This document shows positions 47,297 through 58,155 of a stretch of DNA of 64,000 nt, in pieces. The translations under genes were made by a program, and so were the position numbers. The notes beneath the pieces are model-generated. The model worked only from the letters and a program-made list of their open reading frames with translations, ran no database searches and was not told where the DNA came from. The stretch covers positions 28,886 to 92,885 of the forward strand of contig CAZBWV010000088.1 in assembly GCA_964495805.1 (NCBI GenBank). Reading direction: 5' to 3'. Numbering within the stretch: position 1 is the stretch's first letter; each line of letters starts with the position of its first letter. The stretch is from an uncultured Calditrichaceae bacterium (lineage in GTDB: Bacteria; Calditrichota; Calditrichia; RBG-13-44-9).

Positions 47297-48261
47297 TTCG
47301 CCTCCTGTGCTTGAACCGAATCCATTTTTGTTTGCGCTTTACGTTTCAATAAGAAGTTTTCGATCGCTCCATAAATGCCGGTAAATTCTGCCGGATCGAC
47401 ATTTTTTCCGGCAAATTTTATTAAATCCAGACGCTGAAGCACATCTTTCAGTTTGGTCAGTTCCGAATCTTCCAGCCCCAATTTTTCCAGTTCCCTTAAT
47501 AACTCCCGGGTACTTAATTCCCGGGCGGGAATTCCGAAATCCTGATCCAGATATTCCCGAAAGATACGGGAAAGACGCTGGGTCATTTCTGCCAGATTGG
47601 TGCCGCGGGGATCGACCTCCTGGGATAGGCGGGTGAGGAATTTCTCCGGAATGCTAATCACCGGTGCTTCCGGAGAGGACGCTTCTTTTCTTTTGCGGAA
47701 ATACATGACCACACCGTACAGAAGTAAGGCAAAAAACAGAAGCAACAGCACCGAATAAATTATTGCCTTCCCGTGCCCGCTACCGGCTTCGTCCACCGGT
47801 TCGGTAATTTCAATCATGATGCGCTGGGATTTTAACTCATTCTCCTGACCGGTTACCCGATCGGTATATTTCACCACCAGCCCATCGATGTACGCCATCC
47901 CCATTTCCAGCGGTTTAAAACGATAGGTAATGGATTTTACGGCGCGGTGTTCGCCATTGGGCAAAGGTTCCAACCGATTTTCCGCCCCGCTGCCTTCCAG
48001 CAATAAGTTGGTTAAAATTGGTTGGGTGGTTAAATCAATCTGATAATCGCTCAAATCGCCCAGCCAGGACACCTCCAGATGAAAAATAACCGGACGATTC
48101 AGAGGAACACGGCTCTCCTCCACATACGTGCGAAGTTGAATTTGATGAACTCCTTGCCGGGACGAATCGGCTGCAGTCAGAGAATCGGAATGAGTCCGGG
48201 CAACCAATCCCAAAGGAACCAGACCAAGCACCACAAGCGCAATGAATAGTTTCCTCTTCAT
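47293..48261 (-). CDS. BatD-domain paralog (short form) upstream of moxR
   Basis: Signal, BatD-N-like beta domain (HQIQLRTYVEESRVPLNRPVIFHLEV ... AYIDGLVV), one TM segment and a helical C-domain. Its stop overlaps the moxR start. Confidence 0.5.
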   Translation of the reverse strand: MKRKLFIALVVLGLVPLGLVARTHSDSLTAADSSRQGVHQIQLRTYVEESRVPLNRPVIFHLEVSWLGDLSDYQIDLTTQPILTNLLLEGSGAENRLEPLPNGEHRAVKSITYRFKPLEMGMAYIDGLVVKYTDRVTGQENELKSQRIMIEITEPVDEAGSGHGKAIIYSVLLLLFFALLLYGVVMYFRKRKEASSPEAPVISIPEKFLTRLSQEVDPRGTNLAEMTQRLSRIFREYLDQDFGIPARELSTRELLRELEKLGLEDSELTKLKDVLQRLDLIKFAGKNVDPAEFTGIYGAIENFLLKRKAQTKMDSVQAQEAK

Positions 48262-48330
48262 AGGGCCCCATCAATTATCAGTAAGAAATAAAAAAAATTT
48301 AACTCATCTTTTTTCGGAAAGTTTCCATCA

Positions 48331-48363
48331 AACAAAAACCCTGTTTCCGGAAAAACAGGGTTT
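48331..48363 (-). terminator. rho-independent terminator after the TPR lipoprotein gene
   Basis: On the minus strand, AACCCTGTTTttccggAAACAGGGTT is followed by TTTTGTT. Confidence 0.55.
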
Positions 48364-48402
48364 AGCGGATTCAGAAAAAAACACCTTTATCCTGATGCTG
48401 AG

Positions 48403-48828
48403 TTACTTCGAGGTCACCTGTTGCTGAGCATTATTTCCACTCTGTTCACCGGTATCACTATCCTTCAGGAACGGCAAATCGTCGATATTTTTGCCCAGAT
48501 TTTCTAATTCGTAACGGGCATCATCGGCCAGATCGTGATTGGGATATTTCTTCAGGAATTCCGTATAGTATTTCTTTGCCTTGTCATAATTCTTTAAATA
48601 ATTTGCATTGATGAATCCCACCATAAAAAGAGCTTTGGAAGAATACACCCCGTTGGGATATTCATCTAAAATCTTCTGGAAATATTTCTCCGCATCACTC
48701 CACTTCTCTTTACCCATGTATTGATAGGCTAAATCGAAATACTCTTTTTCCCCCACCTTTTTACTACAACCGGTACTCAACATCCACAGAACAGAAATGC
48801 TCAGGAACAATAACACAACTTTTTTCAT
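48403..48828 (-). CDS. TPR-like lipoprotein (YbgF/CpoB- or BamD-like)
   Basis: Lipobox LSTGCSKK. TPR-like YFQKILDEYPNGVYSSKALFMVGFI and YYTEFLKKYPNHDLADDARYEL. Confidence 0.55.
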   Translation of the reverse strand: MKKVVLLFLSISVLWMLSTGCSKKVGEKEYFDLAYQYMGKEKWSDAEKYFQKILDEYPNGVYSSKALFMVGFINANYLKNYDKAKKYYTEFLKKYPNHDLADDARYELENLGKNIDDLPFLKDSDTGEQSGNNAQQQVTSK

Positions 48829-49020
48829 AAGACCTCCAGATTCTTTGATACCGAATTTGCGCCCAAATTTATGGGCATTCCTTAAAAAAATCAAGTTAAT
48901 CCCAAAAATGTTCCATGGAATGAGCAGCCGGAGCGATGGGATATCCTGTCGCGGTGCGATATTGCTCCTTTCGCTCTCCGGTACAGGTGTACATATATTC
49001 CCTATTTTTTCAAAAACTTC

Positions 49021-49049
49021 TTGACAGGAGAAGTGAAATTTGCTAAAAT
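49021..49049 (+). promoter_or_regulatory. sigma-70 promoter of lexA (TTGACA, 17 nt spacer, TAAAAT)
   Basis: TTGACA at 49021-49026 and TAAAAT at 49044-49049 with a 17-nt spacer, about 35 nt upstream of the lexA ATG. Confidence 0.55.
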
Positions 49050-49053
49050 ATAG

Positions 49054-49067
49054 GTGTACGTTTGTTC
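49054..49067. promoter_or_regulatory. candidate LexA operator (GTAC-N3-tGTTC-like) just downstream of the -10 element
   Basis: TGTACgttTGTTCA resembles the GTAC-N3-GTWC class of LexA boxes. Its position is right for autoregulation. Confidence 0.3.
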
Positions 49068-49084
49068 AACACAGGAGAACACGC

Positions 49085-49702
49085 ATGAAAGGGTTAACCC
49101 GTCGGCAGCAAGAAATTTTGCAGTACATTTCGGATTACATTAGCCGTCACCACTATCCCCCTTCGTATCAGGAGATTGCCGATGCGTTTCACATCACCTC
49201 CAAACACGGGGTAGCGCGGCATCTGGAAGCGCTGGAACGGAAAGGTTACATCGAGCGCCACACCACCCGGGCACGTAGCATTCAGATTGTTCATCCGGAA
49301 TTTCAGCCTGCTTCCGGGACGGTGCAACTACCGGTGATCGGGCGGGTCGCAGCCGGTTATCCCGTGCTGGCGGAGGAAAACATTGAGGGATATGTGGAGC
49401 TTCCCCGGGGGATGATTCGTCAGGAGGGGCGCTATTTTGCCCTGCGGGTTCAGGGAGACAGTATGGTTAATGCCGGGATTCTGGACGGAGATCTGGTGAT
49501 TGTTCAGTCCGCTCGCACGGCTCGTCCCCGCGATATTGTAGTGGCGCTGGTGGGCGACGAAGTAACGGTTAAACGCCTGATGCAACAGGACGGACAAACT
49601 TACTTAAAAGCAGAAAATCCTGATTATCCGGATATCTTTCCGGAAGGGGAATGGAGTATTCAGGGGAAAGTAATTGGCCTGATCCGCGAAACGGTGCAAT
49701 AA
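49085..49702 (+). CDS. lexA: SOS repressor LexA
   Basis: N-terminal wHTH (YPPSYQEIADAFHITSKHGVARHLEALERKGYI). Ala-Gly cleavage site VAAGYP. S24 Ser-Lys dyad motifs GDSMVNAGI and TVKRL. Confidence 0.9.
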   Translation: MKGLTRRQQEILQYISDYISRHHYPPSYQEIADAFHITSKHGVARHLEALERKGYIERHTTRARSIQIVHPEFQPASGTVQLPVIGRVAAGYPVLAEENIEGYVELPRGMIRQEGRYFALRVQGDSMVNAGILDGDLVIVQSARTARPRDIVVALVGDEVTVKRLMQQDGQTYLKAENPDYPDIFPEGEWSIQGKVIGLIRETVQ

Positions 49703-49735
49703 CGCGGACCGCCGCCATATCCACAGGAGTCGCAT

Positions 49736-50182
49736 ATGATGAAATTAGTCAGTCAATCTCGAAAGGCATCTTCTTCGCCCTCCCGGGAGGCGGGGGAGGA
49801 ATTTGTTCGGCTGCCCCGGGGAGAGGATTTGCTCAGCGTTTCGCGCGAAATGGAGGTGGACCACCTGGAGGGTTTCATTACCAACACCACCGTGCGCTTG
49901 CCGGAACGGCGCACGCTGCAGGTCACCGACAACTCCATGAGTGGTGCCGACATTCGCGCAGGCGACTTTGTCATCGTGCAAAATCGGAAGGACTACTCGA
50001 ACGGTACCATCGTCGCTGTGCAACTGGGAGAACAGCAGCTTGTCCGGCGCTACTTCTACCGCAGCGGACGCATCCACCTGGAATGCGATCCGCCCCAAAA
50101 ACAATTGCTCATCCTGGAAAAAAATACCCCGGACTTCCAGATTCTGGGGCAGGTGATTCAAATCATCCGGGAAATTAAATAG
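49736..50182 (+). CDS. LexA/UmuD-like S24 peptidase-domain paralog, predicted non-cleavable
   Basis: AGGAG SD. S24 core DNSMSGADIRAGDFVIV retains the Ser. The cleavage-site position has EG in place of AG, and the general-base Lys is Arg (LVRRY where LexA has TVKRL). There is no HTH domain. Confidence 0.65.
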   Translation: MMKLVSQSRKASSSPSREAGEEFVRLPRGEDLLSVSREMEVDHLEGFITNTTVRLPERRTLQVTDNSMSGADIRAGDFVIVQNRKDYSNGTIVAVQLGEQQLVRRYFYRSGRIHLECDPPQKQLLILEKNTPDFQILGQVIQIIREIK

Positions 50183-50265
50183 TTGCCATGGCGACTGAGC
50201 CCTGTAGTCCTTTTCCGCCATGTTTTCCGAATTGTTCGTGATGCTTTAACCAGGGAGGTGTGCCC

Positions 50266-50520
50266 ATGTATTACGAAGAATTATTCGAACCCATCGAGGT
50301 GATCACCTATTTTCGAAACGGGCAGATCATTCCCTTGAAATTTCGCTGGAACGGCCGAGTATATAAAATAAAGCAGGTTGTGGGACACTGGAAGGAGAAC
50401 CAGGGATATGCCCAGCAGCATCACTTTTCCGTTCAGGTGGACAATTCGGATAATTTTGAACTGCTCTTCGATTCGGCCGATTTTTCCTGGCAACTGGCCC
50501 GGGTATGCCTGGAAGGCTGA
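50266..50520 (+). CDS. hypothetical 84-aa protein in the lexA cassette
   Basis: GGGAGG SD 7 nt upstream of the ATG. No recognisable motif. Confidence 0.45.
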   Translation: MYYEELFEPIEVITYFRNGQIIPLKFRWNGRVYKIKQVVGHWKENQGYAQQHHFSVQVDNSDNFELLFDSADFSWQLARVCLEG

Positions 50521-50589
50521 TGTTCCCCTCTTCCGCGGGAAACCCGGTTCTCCGTTAGGGAAACAAATTTAAATCAAGGAGGACGCATC

Positions 50590-50898
50590 ATGAATACAAC
50601 ATTGCAACTTCCTTTGCGCCGAACGCGCCAGCATACCCGGCATGCCGGTCATATCGATTTGAATCCGGACCTGGTGCTTCAACTGTATGAGCTGTTAGAA
50701 GGGGAACGGGACACCATTCGCCTGTACAGCAAAGCGCTGAATGGTGAAGTGCTCTTTGTGAATCCCGAGCGGGTGAATCCGGATCTGTTGGCTCACGATT
50801 GTCCGGTGTACACCACCCGCGAGCTGGCTTACGTGCTTTCCCTGTCGGAAGAGGAATTTCGCCGTTTCCACTACCTGAAAACAAAACTGGTGGGCTAA
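50590..50898 (+). CDS. hypothetical 102-aa protein in the lexA cassette
   Basis: AGGAGG SD. Basic N-terminus (LPLRRTRQHTRHAGH). No recognisable motif. Confidence 0.45.
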   Translation: MNTTLQLPLRRTRQHTRHAGHIDLNPDLVLQLYELLEGERDTIRLYSKALNGEVLFVNPERVNPDLLAHDCPVYTTRELAYVLSLSEEEFRRFHYLKTKLVG

Positions 50899-50989
50899 TC
50901 CGTTACCGGCCGAAATCAATCACTTTTTTGGTTAATCAATTTATTGAAATTCTTATCATCATCGGTAAACCTAAAAGGCATTTTTCCGG

Positions 50990-51709
50990 ATGAAAAACCA
51001 GCTTCTCATTGTGCAAAATATTTCCCGGGAAACGCCAGGTTATTTTCTGGACAGACTGAAGGCGTGGTCGGTTCCCCATTTTATTGTGGATTTGAGCCGC
51101 GGAGAACAATTTCCTGACCTTTCGGACTACCGCGCTCTGGTGGTATTTGGCGGACCGGACAGTGCAAACGATTCTTCCCCTAAAATTCGCTCCGAACTGG
51201 AACACATTGCCCGGGTGGTGGAGAACGAAATGCCGTATCTGGGAATTTGTCTGGGAATGCAATTGCTGGTGAAAACAACCGGCGGGAGCGTCGTTCCATG
51301 TCCGGTGAAAGAGATTGGATTCCGCAATGAACAGGGAACCTGGTTCCGCATTTCCCTGACCGAAGCAGGTCGGAACGATCCTTTATTCCGCGGAATTTCG
51401 TCCCCCTTTCCCATCTTTCATCTCCATGGCGAAACGGTTGTACCATCCCATTCCACTGTTCTTCTGGGCACCTCGCCCGATTGTCCCATGCAAATTGTCC
51501 GGGTGGGTAAAAACGCCTACGGTTTTCAGGGGCATCTGGAACTCACCGAATCTTTGTTAAAACGGTGGTTACAGGAAGACCCCGATTTGCAGCGTCTTTC
51601 TCCGACCCGGGTGGTAAACGACTTTCACTTCCTGTTGGCTGACTATCGGAATACCGCGGAAACCATTTTTCGGAACTTCCTGACCATTTCCGGATTTTTA
51701 TCCGGTTAA
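50990..51709 (+). CDS. class I glutamine amidotransferase-like protein (GMP-synthase-type GATase1, stand-alone)
   Basis: Nucleophile elbow GICLGMQLL and His/Glu region GHLELTE. 239 aa with no synthetase domain. Confidence 0.7.
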   Translation: MKNQLLIVQNISRETPGYFLDRLKAWSVPHFIVDLSRGEQFPDLSDYRALVVFGGPDSANDSSPKIRSELEHIARVVENEMPYLGICLGMQLLVKTTGGSVVPCPVKEIGFRNEQGTWFRISLTEAGRNDPLFRGISSPFPIFHLHGETVVPSHSTVLLGTSPDCPMQIVRVGKNAYGFQGHLELTESLLKRWLQEDPDLQRLSPTRVVNDFHFLLADYRNTAETIFRNFLTISGFLSG

Positions 51710-51754
51710 TCTGCCAATCTTGCACTTCGACATAAAAACATAAGGAGGAGCCCT

Positions 51755-52267
51755 ATGAAACCGTCCGTGCAACTGTATGTCGATGGACTGGAGGCTTACC
51801 CCATCGGTCGAATCGTTCTGGCCAACATCATCATGATACTCTGGATCGCTCTGGGGAGTCTGGCCAGTGCCACCGTCTGGCCTGTAGCGGGCTGGATATT
51901 TTTGATTTACGCAGTGTTCATGGTTTATTTTGTGATGCGTAAACTGGTTTGTACCAACTGTTACTACTACGACAAATGGTGCAACATTGGCTGGGGAAAA
52001 CTGGCAGCCCGCTTGTTTCGACAGGGGAATATTGAACATTTTGCCAGTTGCCGTGGAATAAAAATCGCACCTTTCTTTTACGCCTCCCTGACGGTGATTC
52101 CGCTCATTTTACTGGTCATTGCCCTGATTCAACAATTTACTTTTACCCGATTGCTGATTCTCATTCTGTTGGTGGGAATCGGTTTTTATAGTGGCGCGGT
52201 TAGTCGTGCACGCGCCTGTGCGCAGTGCAAAATGCGTTTCATTTGCCCGGGAAGTGCGGCAAAATAA
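51755..52267 (+). CDS. hypothetical 4-TM membrane protein with Cys motifs
   Basis: AAGGAGG SD. TM helices. CTNCYYYDKWC and CAQCKMRFIC motifs. Confidence 0.5.
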   Translation: MKPSVQLYVDGLEAYPIGRIVLANIIMILWIALGSLASATVWPVAGWIFLIYAVFMVYFVMRKLVCTNCYYYDKWCNIGWGKLAARLFRQGNIEHFASCRGIKIAPFFYASLTVIPLILLVIALIQQFTFTRLLILILLVGIGFYSGAVSRARACAQCKMRFICPGSAAK

Positions 52268-52486
52268 ATCATTTATCGTCCCCAGGATTGGGTGGGAGGT
52301 ACTCAATTTTTCCCTTGCATTTTTAAACAAAATGATTATATTCAATTCAAAGAATAGATTAAGAGGAATCTTTCTATCGCCCGTCTGTTACCATAATTTT
52401 GGCTTCAAAAAAAATAAGGAGAGGAGTCTCGAGTTTTTTGTTACCACGCACTGGGGCAACAACAACCATAAACTGCGGAGGATATC

Positions 52487-52732
52487 ATGCGTGGTAACCC
52501 GTTGCGGGAATTCATTCCCGACGAGCTCTTCTACAAACTGCAAGAAAAGGGATTTTTAAACGAACGCGCTGTACGCGATTATTACATGAAAAAGCAGTTC
52601 GAGAAGCTGCGCAAACACCACCAGCCCAAACGTATTTTCGAAATGTTGCAACAGGAATTCCCCTATCTTTCCGTGGATACCGTGCGGAAGATCATCTACA
52701 GCCGGGAGGTCCTTCCGTTCTGGGGGGAATAA
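52487..52732 (+). CDS. hypothetical 81-aa protein
   Basis: GGAGG SD. Charged helical protein. A candidate promoter, TTGCAT then 16-17 nt then TATATT, lies near 52314-52342. Confidence 0.4.
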   Translation: MRGNPLREFIPDELFYKLQEKGFLNERAVRDYYMKKQFEKLRKHHQPKRIFEMLQQEFPYLSVDTVRKIIYSREVLPFWGE

Positions 52733-52831
52733 AAAGGGACGTCCGGAAAAACCCCGCAAGAAATCCGGTCAGAAATCCCGGAAGAAATCCCGGCGGAAAA
52801 AGAAAAGTAAGTGAATTAATTTTTACTGAGC

Positions 52832-53989
52832 TCACGTTTCTGGTTGGGGAGACAAATCTAAAAAATTGACAATTTTCTCCGCCGCCCGCCGGGATGCCCC
52901 GGGCGTCCCTAAAATGTCGGGGATGCGCTTGAGCTCCCCTGCTACCTTGTGGTAATATTCGGAATCGTTCAGCATGCTCCAGAACCATTCCACAATACAC
53001 TCAGCGCGGGCATCCTGCTGGATCAGTTCCGGCACCACTTTTTTGCCCAGCACGATATTGGCCAGGGCAATTTGGTCAATTTTAACCAGCCGTTTTCCGA
53101 TGAAATAGGTAAGCGGCGAAACACGATAAAGTACAATCATAGGTGTGCCCAGATACCCGGTTTCTAACGTAGCGGTGCCACTGGCTACCACCGCCAGATG
53201 CGCATGCTTCATCAACGCATAGGTATCCCGGGCGATTAATCGAAGGTTTTCCTCCCCCTGCACAATTTCCCGATAAACCGACTCTTCCACCGCATCGGAC
53301 ATTCCCACCACCCATTGGTACCGGTGACTCAAACAAAATTCCTGTTTTGCCTGAACCATCAGGGGCAGCAGTTGCCTTACCTCGTTCATCCTGGAACCCG
53401 GTAACAGCGCAATGATTGGTTTTTCCTTCCCCAGCGAATGGCGCTTCAGAAAAGCCTCCTTCCCGTTTACCTGCTGAAGCTGATCCACCAGCGGGTGTCC
53501 CACAAAATGAGCGACGATTCCGTGCTTTCGGTAGAATGCTTCTTCAAAGCGAAAAATGACCAGAGGTAAATCCACATACCGCCGGATTTTTTCCACTCTT
53601 CTCTCGCCCCATGCCCACAGTTGCGGGCAGATGTAGTACACTACCGGAATCCCCATTTTTTTAGCCAGGCGTGCCAGCTTCAGATTAAATCCGGGGTAAT
53701 CCACTAAAATCACGGCTACCGGTCGATGAGATTTAATCCACTGCCGCAGGTGTCGGAAAACCCGCCGAATAAAGGGCAGATGCCGGATCACCTCCGCCAG
53801 TCCTAAAAAAGCCATCTGCCGAATGTGGTAAAGTAACTCCACCCCTTCTGCGGCCATCCGATCGCCACCAATTCCGGTAAACCGCAGAGCCGGGTGCCGT
53901 TGCTTCAGTGCCTGCACCAGGTCTGCTGCATGCCGATCGCCAGAAGGCTCACCGGCGACAATCAATATTTCCGGTCCGGATTCACTCAT
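52832..53989 (-). CDS. lpxB: lipid-A-disaccharide synthase
   Basis: N-terminal ILIVAGEPSGDRHAADL motif and GT19 architecture, 385 aa. Confidence 0.85.
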   Translation of the reverse strand: MSESGPEILIVAGEPSGDRHAADLVQALKQRHPALRFTGIGGDRMAAEGVELLYHIRQMAFLGLAEVIRHLPFIRRVFRHLRQWIKSHRPVAVILVDYPGFNLKLARLAKKMGIPVVYYICPQLWAWGERRVEKIRRYVDLPLVIFRFEEAFYRKHGIVAHFVGHPLVDQLQQVNGKEAFLKRHSLGKEKPIIALLPGSRMNEVRQLLPLMVQAKQEFCLSHRYQWVVGMSDAVEESVYREIVQGEENLRLIARDTYALMKHAHLAVVASGTATLETGYLGTPMIVLYRVSPLTYFIGKRLVKIDQIALANIVLGKKVVPELIQQDARAECIVEWFWSMLNDSEYYHKVAGELKRIPDILGTPGASRRAAEKIVNFLDLSPQPET

Positions 53990-54145
53990 CTGCCTGTTTT
54001 CCCACTTCCAATCGGTTCTCTAAAAAAATAGCGAGCCGGAGCTCGCTAATCTACCTGAAAAAAGATTGATGAAATCAACCCATCATTTCCCGGAATTATT
54101 TCGAATTCATATTTCTCACCATGGGTTCGGCTGAACCCGTTTCCA

Positions 54146-54706
54146 TTAATCTTCCAGGATTTCCTTTTCTTTCATCTTAAAGAGTTCATCGACTTCTTCA
54201 ATAAATTCGTTGGTGAGTTTCTGGATTTCGTCCAGTTTCAGGTGGCTTTCGTCTTCAGAAATTTCGTGTGCTTTTTCCAGCTTTTTCACATGCTCATTGG
54301 CATCCCGTCGAATGTTCCGGATGGCAATACGGGTTTCTTCACAGAACTTTTTCACCAGCTTCAGCAGGTCCTGACGTCGTTCTTCGCTAAGCTCGGGAAT
54401 GGGAATTCTGACCACGTTGCCATCGTTGGTGGGGTTTAGTCCCAGATCGGACTGCATGATGGCTTTTTCGATTTCGGCAATCATCCGTTTTTCCCACGGC
54501 TGGACCACCAACAGGCGCGGTTCCGGTGCGGTAATAGTCGCCACCTGATTTAACGGCACCTTCTGACCATAATACTCCACTTTGACCACATCTAACAGCG
54601 CCGGTGTCGCACGGCCGGTGCGAATCCGGGCCAGTTCATGCTGCAAATGCTCAATGGATTTTTGCATACGGTTTTTGGCATCCTGATAGATTTCTTTTGT
54701 GGTCAT
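54146..54706 (-). CDS. frr: ribosome recycling factor
   Basis: 186 aa with the typical RRF sequence ([34 protein letters not shown]). Confidence 0.9.
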   Translation of the reverse strand: MTTKEIYQDAKNRMQKSIEHLQHELARIRTGRATPALLDVVKVEYYGQKVPLNQVATITAPEPRLLVVQPWEKRMIAEIEKAIMQSDLGLNPTNDGNVVRIPIPELSEERRQDLLKLVKKFCEETRIAIRNIRRDANEHVKKLEKAHEISEDESHLKLDEIQKLTNEFIEEVDELFKMKEKEILED

Positions 54707-54708
54707 AA

Positions 54709-56023
<1,315 letters not shown>

Positions 56024-56098
56024 TCCTTTGTCTCCTGTTCAAATGGTTTACCACAACTTTCTGTTGCGAATCATTCCTGTATGGGTTCAGGCCAGGCG

Positions 56099-56848
56099 TT
56101 ATCCGCCTGCCACTTCAGCTTTCTGTTTATTTTCCATTTCCGCTTCTTCCGCCGCGCGGGCTTGCATCACCTCGCGCCCTTCAATTACCGCATCGGCAAT
56201 AATGCGGGAAATCAGCGCAATGGATTTGGTGGAATCGTCGTTCCCGGGAATGGGATAATCCACCTCGTCGGGATCGCAGTTGGTGTCCACAATCGCCACA
56301 ATGGGAATGCCCAATTTGCGCGCTTCTTTTACTGCAATATCTTCCTTTTTAATATCCACGACAAAGAGCATGCCGGGCAAACGCTTCATCTCCTGAATAC
56401 CGGCAAATACTTTCTTCATTTTAGCGATTTCGCGTTCGATGCGCAGACGCTCTTTTTTGGTATATTTCTCGATGGTACCATCCAGCACCATTTTTTCCAG
56501 GCCTTCCAGATGTCGGATACTCTTTTTAATGGTGGCGAAATTGGTTAGCGTGCCACCCAACCAGCGTTCCACAATATAGGGTTGTCCGCAACGGATGGCT
56601 TCGTCGCGCACTACATCCTTAGCCTGGTTTTTGGTTCCCACAAACAGAATGGGTTCGTTCTGCATGGCAATTTCTTTTACGGCATCGTAGGCGCGCTGCA
56701 AACTTTTCAGGGTTTTCTGCAAATCGATGATGTGAATCCCGTTCCGTTCCATAAAAATGTACGGTTTCATTTTGGGATTCCAGCGGCGGGTGAGATGGCC
56801 GAAATGGACACCGGCCTTCAGTAGATCTTCCAGTGTTACCTTAAACAT
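56099..56848 (-). CDS. rpsB: 30S ribosomal protein S2
   Basis: LKAGVHFGHLTRRWNPKMKPYIF is a canonical S2 N-terminus. Confidence 0.9.
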   Translation of the reverse strand: MFKVTLEDLLKAGVHFGHLTRRWNPKMKPYIFMERNGIHIIDLQKTLKSLQRAYDAVKEIAMQNEPILFVGTKNQAKDVVRDEAIRCGQPYIVERWLGGTLTNFATIKKSIRHLEGLEKMVLDGTIEKYTKKERLRIEREIAKMKKVFAGIQEMKRLPGMLFVVDIKKEDIAVKEARKLGIPIVAIVDTNCDPDEVDYPIPGNDDSTKSIALISRIIADAVIEGREVMQARAAEEAEMENKQKAEVAGG

Positions 56849-56954
56849 AGCAAACTCCTTGATTTTGGGTTAAACCTCCACCGCCCCATGGCTTTTACCA
56901 TCCGGCGCCTGCCGGACACCCCGTAAAAGCGGCGACGGTGTGTGTGATTTTTAG

Positions 56955-56987
56955 AACAAAAAACCCTTCCATGGTGGTGCAGGAAGG
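56955..56987 (-). terminator. rho-independent terminator after rpsI
   Basis: On the minus strand, CCCTTCCtgcaccaccatGGAAGGG is followed by TTTTTTGTT. Confidence 0.6.
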
Positions 56988-57003
56988 GCGAAATCGTGCC
57001 AGA

Positions 57004-57390
57004 TTAACGTTTGGAGAACTGGAAACGTTTCCGGGCTTTGGGGCGACCGTACTTTTTGCGTTCCACCTCGCGGGGATCGCGGGTCAGGAAGCCGCCAGCG
57101 CGCAGCTCGGGACGCAACTCCTCGTTCCACTTCAGCAATGCCCGGGCAATGCCATGGCGCAGTGCTTCCGCCTGACCGGAGAGCCCACCACCTACAATGG
57201 TGGCTTTCACGTCAAACTTCCCCAGCGTCTCGGTGGCCGCAAAAGGCTGCTCAATCACCATCTTCAAAATAGGACGTTTAAAATAATCTTCCACACTACG
57301 GCCGTTTACAATGATTTCCCCTTTCCCGGGATACAAGCGAACTCTCGCTGTTGCCGTTTTCCTTCTACCGGTTGCGTAATAAACTTCCAT
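57004..57390 (-). CDS. rpsI: 30S ribosomal protein S9
   Basis: [19 protein letters not shown] and a C-terminal [16 protein letters not shown] tail. Confidence 0.9.
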   Translation of the reverse strand: MEVYYATGRRKTATARVRLYPGKGEIIVNGRSVEDYFKRPILKMVIEQPFAATETLGKFDVKATIVGGGLSGQAEALRHGIARALLKWNEELRPELRAGGFLTRDPREVERKKYGRPKARKRFQFSKR

Positions 57391-57406
57391 GGACAGTTTC
57401 CTCTAT

Positions 57407-57841
57407 TTAAAACTTTAACGGTTCCGGTTGTTGTGCCTGATGCGGATGTTCCGGACCGGCATAGACTTTCAGTTTTTTGAACATTTTGCGACCCAGCGCG
57501 TTCTTGGGCAACATCAGCCGCACGGCATGTTCAATAATTCGCTCGGGATGTTTCTCCAGCATGCGGCGATAAGGAATGTGCTTCTCGCCACCGGGATAAC
57601 CGGAATGGGTAAAATAGGTTTTCTGTTCAGCCTTCCGACCGGTCACCTTCACCTTTTCCGCATTGATAACAATCACAAAATCACCCACATCCTGATGGGG
57701 CGCAAAATTGGGTTTATGTTTTCCCCGTAAAATTCGAGCAATATGGGATGCCAATCGACCCAGTACGTAATCCTGTGCATCCACTACATACCATTTTCGG
57801 TCTTGAGCAATTTCCTCAGGTTTCGAATAATCCGTTCTCAA
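57407..57841 (-). CDS. rplM: 50S ribosomal protein L13
   Basis: [20 protein letters not shown] is a canonical L13 N-terminus. Confidence 0.9.
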   Translation of the reverse strand: MRTDYSKPEEIAQDRKWYVVDAQDYVLGRLASHIARILRGKHKPNFAPHQDVGDFVIVINAEKVKVTGRKAEQKTYFTHSGYPGGEKHIPYRRMLEKHPERIIEHAVRLMLPKNALGRKMFKKLKVYAGPEHPHQAQQPEPLKF

Positions 57842-58155
57842 AGTAATATCCTCCTAAAAAATTTTATAGCCCGCAAATATACGGTTAATGCATAAGTCTG
57901 TCAAGCTTATTTAAATTTTTTAAGGGAACCCGGGAACGAGCAGAGCGCTCATTTTTTCTTGATCTTTTCCGAGCATCCGCTCATTTTCAGGCCGCTAATG
58001 TAAGCAAGAAATAGGATGAATCCAATGATAGAATGGAAAAAATCGATAAATTCATAAAGCATCCATGCAATTGAACAAACGAATAAATCAGAACTTTAAC
58101 GAATTTTTCTCCACTTCTCCATAGTTATCCATCCACCAGTTCAACTTGTAACTCA

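Noticed and set aside
54121-54145. tRNA-like GGGTTCGGCTGAACCC hairpin next to frr
   Set aside because: Only a single 6-bp hairpin. No acceptor, D or anticodon arms.
57949-58062. 37-aa hydrophobic minus-strand ORF (MLYEFIDFFHSIIGFILFLAYISGLKMSGCSEKIKKK) upstream of rplM
   Set aside because: No SD. It lies in an AT-rich promoter region. Too short to support without conservation data.
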